From an uncultured Syntrophomonadaceae bacterium (GTDB taxonomy: Bacteria; Bacillota; Syntrophomonadia; Syntrophomonadales; Syntrophomonadaceae): 35,224 bases of DNA. How positions within the stretch are numbered: position 1 is the first letter of the stretch; the number at the start of each line of letters is the position of its first letter. The DNA lies in the NCBI GenBank assembly GCA_944391275.1, contig CALXSZ010000021.1, positions 1 to 35,224 on the forward strand, read 5' to 3'. The notes under the pieces were generated by a model, which did not search any database, had not been told where the DNA came from, and was given only the letters and a program-made list of their open reading frames with translations. Below, one piece after another: positions 33,201 to 35,224 of the stretch. The position numbers were made by a program, and so were the translations under genes.

Positions 33201-33682
33201 ATAATGGTTGCACCATACAACAAATTGCCTGCCAAATCATAATGTTCGCTGAAGTAAACCCCCGGAGATTTTACCAGTTGGCTTACGACTACACGTTCCG
33301 CTCCATTAATAATAAAGGTTCCTTTTTCTGTCATCAAGGGCAAATCGCCTAAGTAAACCTCTGATTCTTTGATTTCGCCATTTTCTTTATCAGTAAACCG
33401 TACTCGAAGTTTGATCGGAGCTTGAAAGCTAACGTCTCTTTCTTTACATTCTCGCTCTGAATACTTTGGTTCGCCCAAGCTGTAATCGATGAAATCCAAT
33501 TCCATATTGCCTGCGAAATCCGCAATCGGAAAAACTTCCTTTAATGCGGTTCGCATCCCGGTTTCCAAAAACCATTCGTATGAACTTAGTTGAGTCTGAA
33601 CCAAATTCGGTAATTCCAGCGCCTCCTTAATTTTAGAGAAGCTATATCTTTCTGCAACGCCATACTTCTGCATTTGTGCCAT
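30218..33682 (-). CDS. rpoB: DNA-directed RNA polymerase subunit beta, with an acidic C-terminal tail
   Basis: Contains [41 protein letters not shown] and [16 protein letters not shown]. Confidence 0.96.
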   Translation of the reverse strand: MAQMQKYGVAERYSFSKIKEALELPNLVQTQLSSYEWFLETGMRTALKEVFPIADFAGNMELDFIDYSLGEPKYSERECKERDVSFQAPIKLRVRFTDKENGEIKESEVYLGDLPLMTEKGTFIINGAERVVVSQLVKSPGVYFSEHYDLAGNLLYGATIIPNRGAWFELEMDSSGAIYAKIDKTRKLIVSVVLRAIGYESNEAILELFDNDENIAKSLEKDTTTTNRKEALLEFYRRLRPGELATEDAAEQLLNNLFFDPRRYDMATVGRYKVNKKLGLHIPEDVHHLTKEDMIETIRYILKLIKGQGKTDVIDHLGNRRLRSIGELLQNQFRTGLVRMERVVRERMSIHDAETLTPQLLINIRPITAAIKEFFGSSQLSQFMDQTNPLAELTHKRRLSALGPGGLTRERAGFQVRDVHPSHYGRICPIETPEGPNIGLIGSLATFARVNDFGFIETPYRKVDKKEHRILNEIDYLSADEEENYKIAQANAPVDAEGRFQEEMVEARSAEETVEIPVEDVDYIDVSPKQVFSVATSLIPFLENDDANRALMGANMQRQAVPVIKTEAPIVGTGMEYKCAKDSGSVIVSEADGIVTYVSADHIDVLEDSGKTRTYYLMKFMRSNQGMCYNQRPIVKKGERIEKNRIIADGPSTDQGELALGRNVLVAFMPWEGYNYEDAILLSEKLVKEDVFTSIHIEEYECEARDTKLGPEEITRDIPNVSEDMLKNLDEQGVIRVGAEVRPDDILVGKVTPKGETELTPEERLLRAIFGEKAREVRDSSLRVPHGEAGKIVAVKRFYRENGDELPPGVNRLVRVYIAQKRKISQGDKMAGRHGNKGVISRVLPEEDMPYLEDGTPVQIVLNPLGVPSRMNIGQILECHMGWVAHELGLHVATPVFDGAHEEDILEMRQKAGLPMNGKARLRDGRTGEFFDNEVTVGYVYMLKLAHLVDDKIHARSIGPYSLVTQQPLGGKAQFGGQRFGEMEVWALEAYGAAYTLQEILTVKSDDVVGRLKTYEAIVKGENIPQPGVPEGFKVLIKELQSLALDIQILSADNEEIDIRENDTDGVNEKEKGRLLGVDVPENIVPNTITGSTDSLDDFDDTVDEEGDLLEEKDDLAEEEDFMEPPEDEFLLEHLNRLQADRDVEDIEDLEDEE

Positions 33683-33813
33683 TAATATAAGTCACCCCTT
33701 TTTTGGTCCTAAAAGAGTGAAAAGCAAGGGATTCTTTGCTTCACCCTGCTTTTGATACCAATTCCTGTTTCAGAAACAATAAATATAACCGAATACTCTA
33801 ACAGTGAGTATAA

Positions 33814-33842
33814 ATTATAACGCAAAATTACCTATAAGTCAA
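33814..33842 (-). promoter_or_regulatory. Consensus sigma-A promoter upstream of rpoB
   Basis: Minus strand: TTGACT (33837-33842), 17-nt spacer, TATAAT (33814-33819). It is preceded by an A-tract (GCAAAAAAAACA). Confidence 0.65.
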
Positions 33843-33928
33843 TGTTTTTTTTGCGAAAATTTGTTTTTTATCCCTATTCTATTTTCTTTTTCCTAAAAAA
33901 TTTTGAGAAATGTTTTCCTTACATATGT

Positions 33929-33960
33929 AAAAAACAGAGAAAACATTTCGTTTTCCCTGT
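33929..33960 (-). terminator. Intrinsic terminator/attenuator after rplL
   Basis: Minus strand: ACAGGGAAAAC-GAAAT-GTTTTCTCTGT (11 bp including one G-U pair) followed by TTTTT. Confidence 0.8.
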
Positions 33961-34019
33961 TTTTCATTCAGCAATCACCCCATTGGGCGTGACTGTATTC
34001 TATTGTTTTGGGCGAAAAG

Positions 34020-34400
34020 TTATTTCACTTCTACAATACCGCCATTTTCTTCAATTTTTGATTTGATGTCCGCCGCTTCTTCTTTGCTAACTTTTTCTTT
34101 AAGCGCTACCGGCGCTTTGTCCACCAATTCTTTTGCTTCTTTTAACCCTAATCCCAGCACTTCACGAACAACTTTGAGTACGTTAATTTTCTTTTCTCCA
34201 GCGCTGGTAAGAATGACATCAAATTCCGTTTTTTCATCAGCCGCATCTGCGGTAGCGCCAGCCGCCGGAGCCGCTGCTGCTACTGCTACCGGAGCTGCAG
34301 CGCTTACGCCAAATTCTTCTTCCAACGCTTTCACCAGTTCAGATAATTCCAGAACCGTCAACTCTTTTACAATATCAATAACTTCTTGTACTTTACTCAT
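34020..34400 (-). CDS. rplL: 50S ribosomal protein L7/L12
   Basis: Contains [20 protein letters not shown], an Ala-rich hinge, and [13 protein letters not shown]. Confidence 0.95.
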   Translation of the reverse strand: MSKVQEVIDIVKELTVLELSELVKALEEEFGVSAAAPVAVAAAAPAAGATADAADEKTEFDVILTSAGEKKINVLKVVREVLGLGLKEAKELVDKAPVALKEKVSKEEAADIKSKIEENGGIVEVK

Positions 34401-34449
34401 GATATGTTCCTCCTAAAAATTTCTTCATTTTATAATTGCGTTTCCTTTT

Positions 34450-34989
34450 TTAGCACGCTTCTTTCTTTTCACGCACCTGATCAAGCGCTCTTACGAAGCC
34501 CGTAATATTGGCGTTGAGTACTCGAACAAAACTGCTGATCGGAGCTTGCATCGTTCCCAGCACCTGAGCAACCAAAACTTCTTTTGGGGGGAGTTCGGCC
34601 AAATCTTTAATTTTCTCAGCCGCAACAATATTCCCCTCTACAATACCCATTTTGATGCTTAAATGTTCGTTTTTTTTGCTTGCTTCATACATAATTTTGG
34701 CCGGAGCCACCATATCCTCATTACTGAAAATAACGAGGTTAGGTCCAAACAGCGTGTCTTCATAATCGTTTGGAGCAAATCCTGTATTTTTCATAGCAAA
34801 GAACAGCATTGTATTTTTCAATACTTCGGTTTTTACTCCCTCCATGCGCAGTTGCTGTCTCAATTCTGTTAATTCAGCAACCGTCATACCGCGATAATCA
34901 GCAAAAATAATCACTTTAGCGGCTTTGAGCTTTTCCTCAATCTGAGCAACAATCTGCTCTTTTTGCTTTCTGCGTTCCATATTCGGCAT
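34450..34989 (-). CDS. rplJ: 50S ribosomal protein L10
   Basis: Contains VIIFADYRGMTVAELTELRQQLR. AAGGAGGTG lies upstream of the ATG at 34989. Confidence 0.93.
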   Translation of the reverse strand: MPNMERRKQKEQIVAQIEEKLKAAKVIIFADYRGMTVAELTELRQQLRMEGVKTEVLKNTMLFFAMKNTGFAPNDYEDTLFGPNLVIFSNEDMVAPAKIMYEASKKNEHLSIKMGIVEGNIVAAEKIKDLAELPPKEVLVAQVLGTMQAPISSFVRVLNANITGFVRALDQVREKKEAC

Positions 34990-35183
34990 TTTGATTCCAC
35001 CTCCTTACGATTTAAATCAACATCCCATTCTTATTTTTCCATCTTGATGGGATCCCAAGCGGGTTTTTCGACTTCACAAAAAAGACGTCTCCATTCCTCA
35101 CAGAGACGTCTTATCCTTTCAGCAAAAGTTTTTTATCAAGTAACTCAACTTTTACATCTATCCGAAAAACCTCTGCGGGCAAC
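34990..35183 (-). promoter_or_regulatory. rplJ (L10) leader with attenuator hairpin
   Basis: Minus strand: AGACGTCTC-TGTGAGGAATG-GAGACGTCT followed by TTTTTT (35078-35111). A second hairpin, ATCCCAT...ATGGGAT, follows immediately before the RBS. Confidence 0.6.
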
Positions 35184-35224
35184 TTATAAAAAGTTATTAA
35201 GGCTTTCGCCACCAACTTCTACAG

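Noticed and set aside
33842-34066. 74-aa plus-strand ORF in the rplL-rpoB spacer
   Set aside because: It lies in AT-rich intergenic DNA that contains a terminator and a promoter for the opposite strand. The peptide is phenylalanine-rich and low-complexity, with no RBS.
35184-35224. Possible 3' end of rplA at the right edge
   Set aside because: Only about 13 codons are visible (VEVGGESLNNFL* in one frame; another frame also ends nearby). Synteny makes rplA plausible, but the sequence cannot support the call.

Overview
All supported genes in this window lie on the minus strand. About 28 kb (7.1-35.0 kb) is the core transcription/translation cluster of a low-GC Gram-positive (Bacillota-like) genome. 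In transcription order (right to left) it reads: rplJ leader, rplJ-rplL, rpoB-rpoC, rpsL-rpsG-fusA-tuf, the S10/spc/alpha block (rpsJ through rplQ, including secY, adk, infA and rpmJ). Many junctions are 1-nt TAATG-type overlaps, which suggests translational coupling. The left 7 kb is less conserved: a secreted GH26-like glycoside hydrolase, truA, a T-box-controlled PF04392-type ABC transporter, and an MBOAT O-acyltransferase that runs off the left edge. I see no CRISPR array, transposase, integrase, phage gene, tRNA/rRNA or recognisable defence system, and nothing I can defend as a new multi-gene system; this is mostly an ordinary housekeeping region. The items most worth a second look are: (1) tuf is a strong codon-usage outlier, almost entirely A/C-ending codons, with an abrupt return to local codon style in its last ~33 codons; (2) EF-Tu has a four-cysteine insertion; (3) the EF-G in the str-operon slot lacks canonical domain IV motifs; (4) a ~260-nt GC-rich structured leader sits upstream of rpsL, where many Firmicutes carry an L7Ae-like gene; (5) synteny breaks around rplQ-truA, where a GH26-like gene replaces ecfA/ecfA'/ecfT and a Trp-type T-box ABC operon appears to read into an MBOAT gene. 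Several ORF-track starts are 5'-extended and were corrected from Shine-Dalgarno spacing. rpmJ and the MBOAT gene are absent from the ORF track and were found by manual translation.
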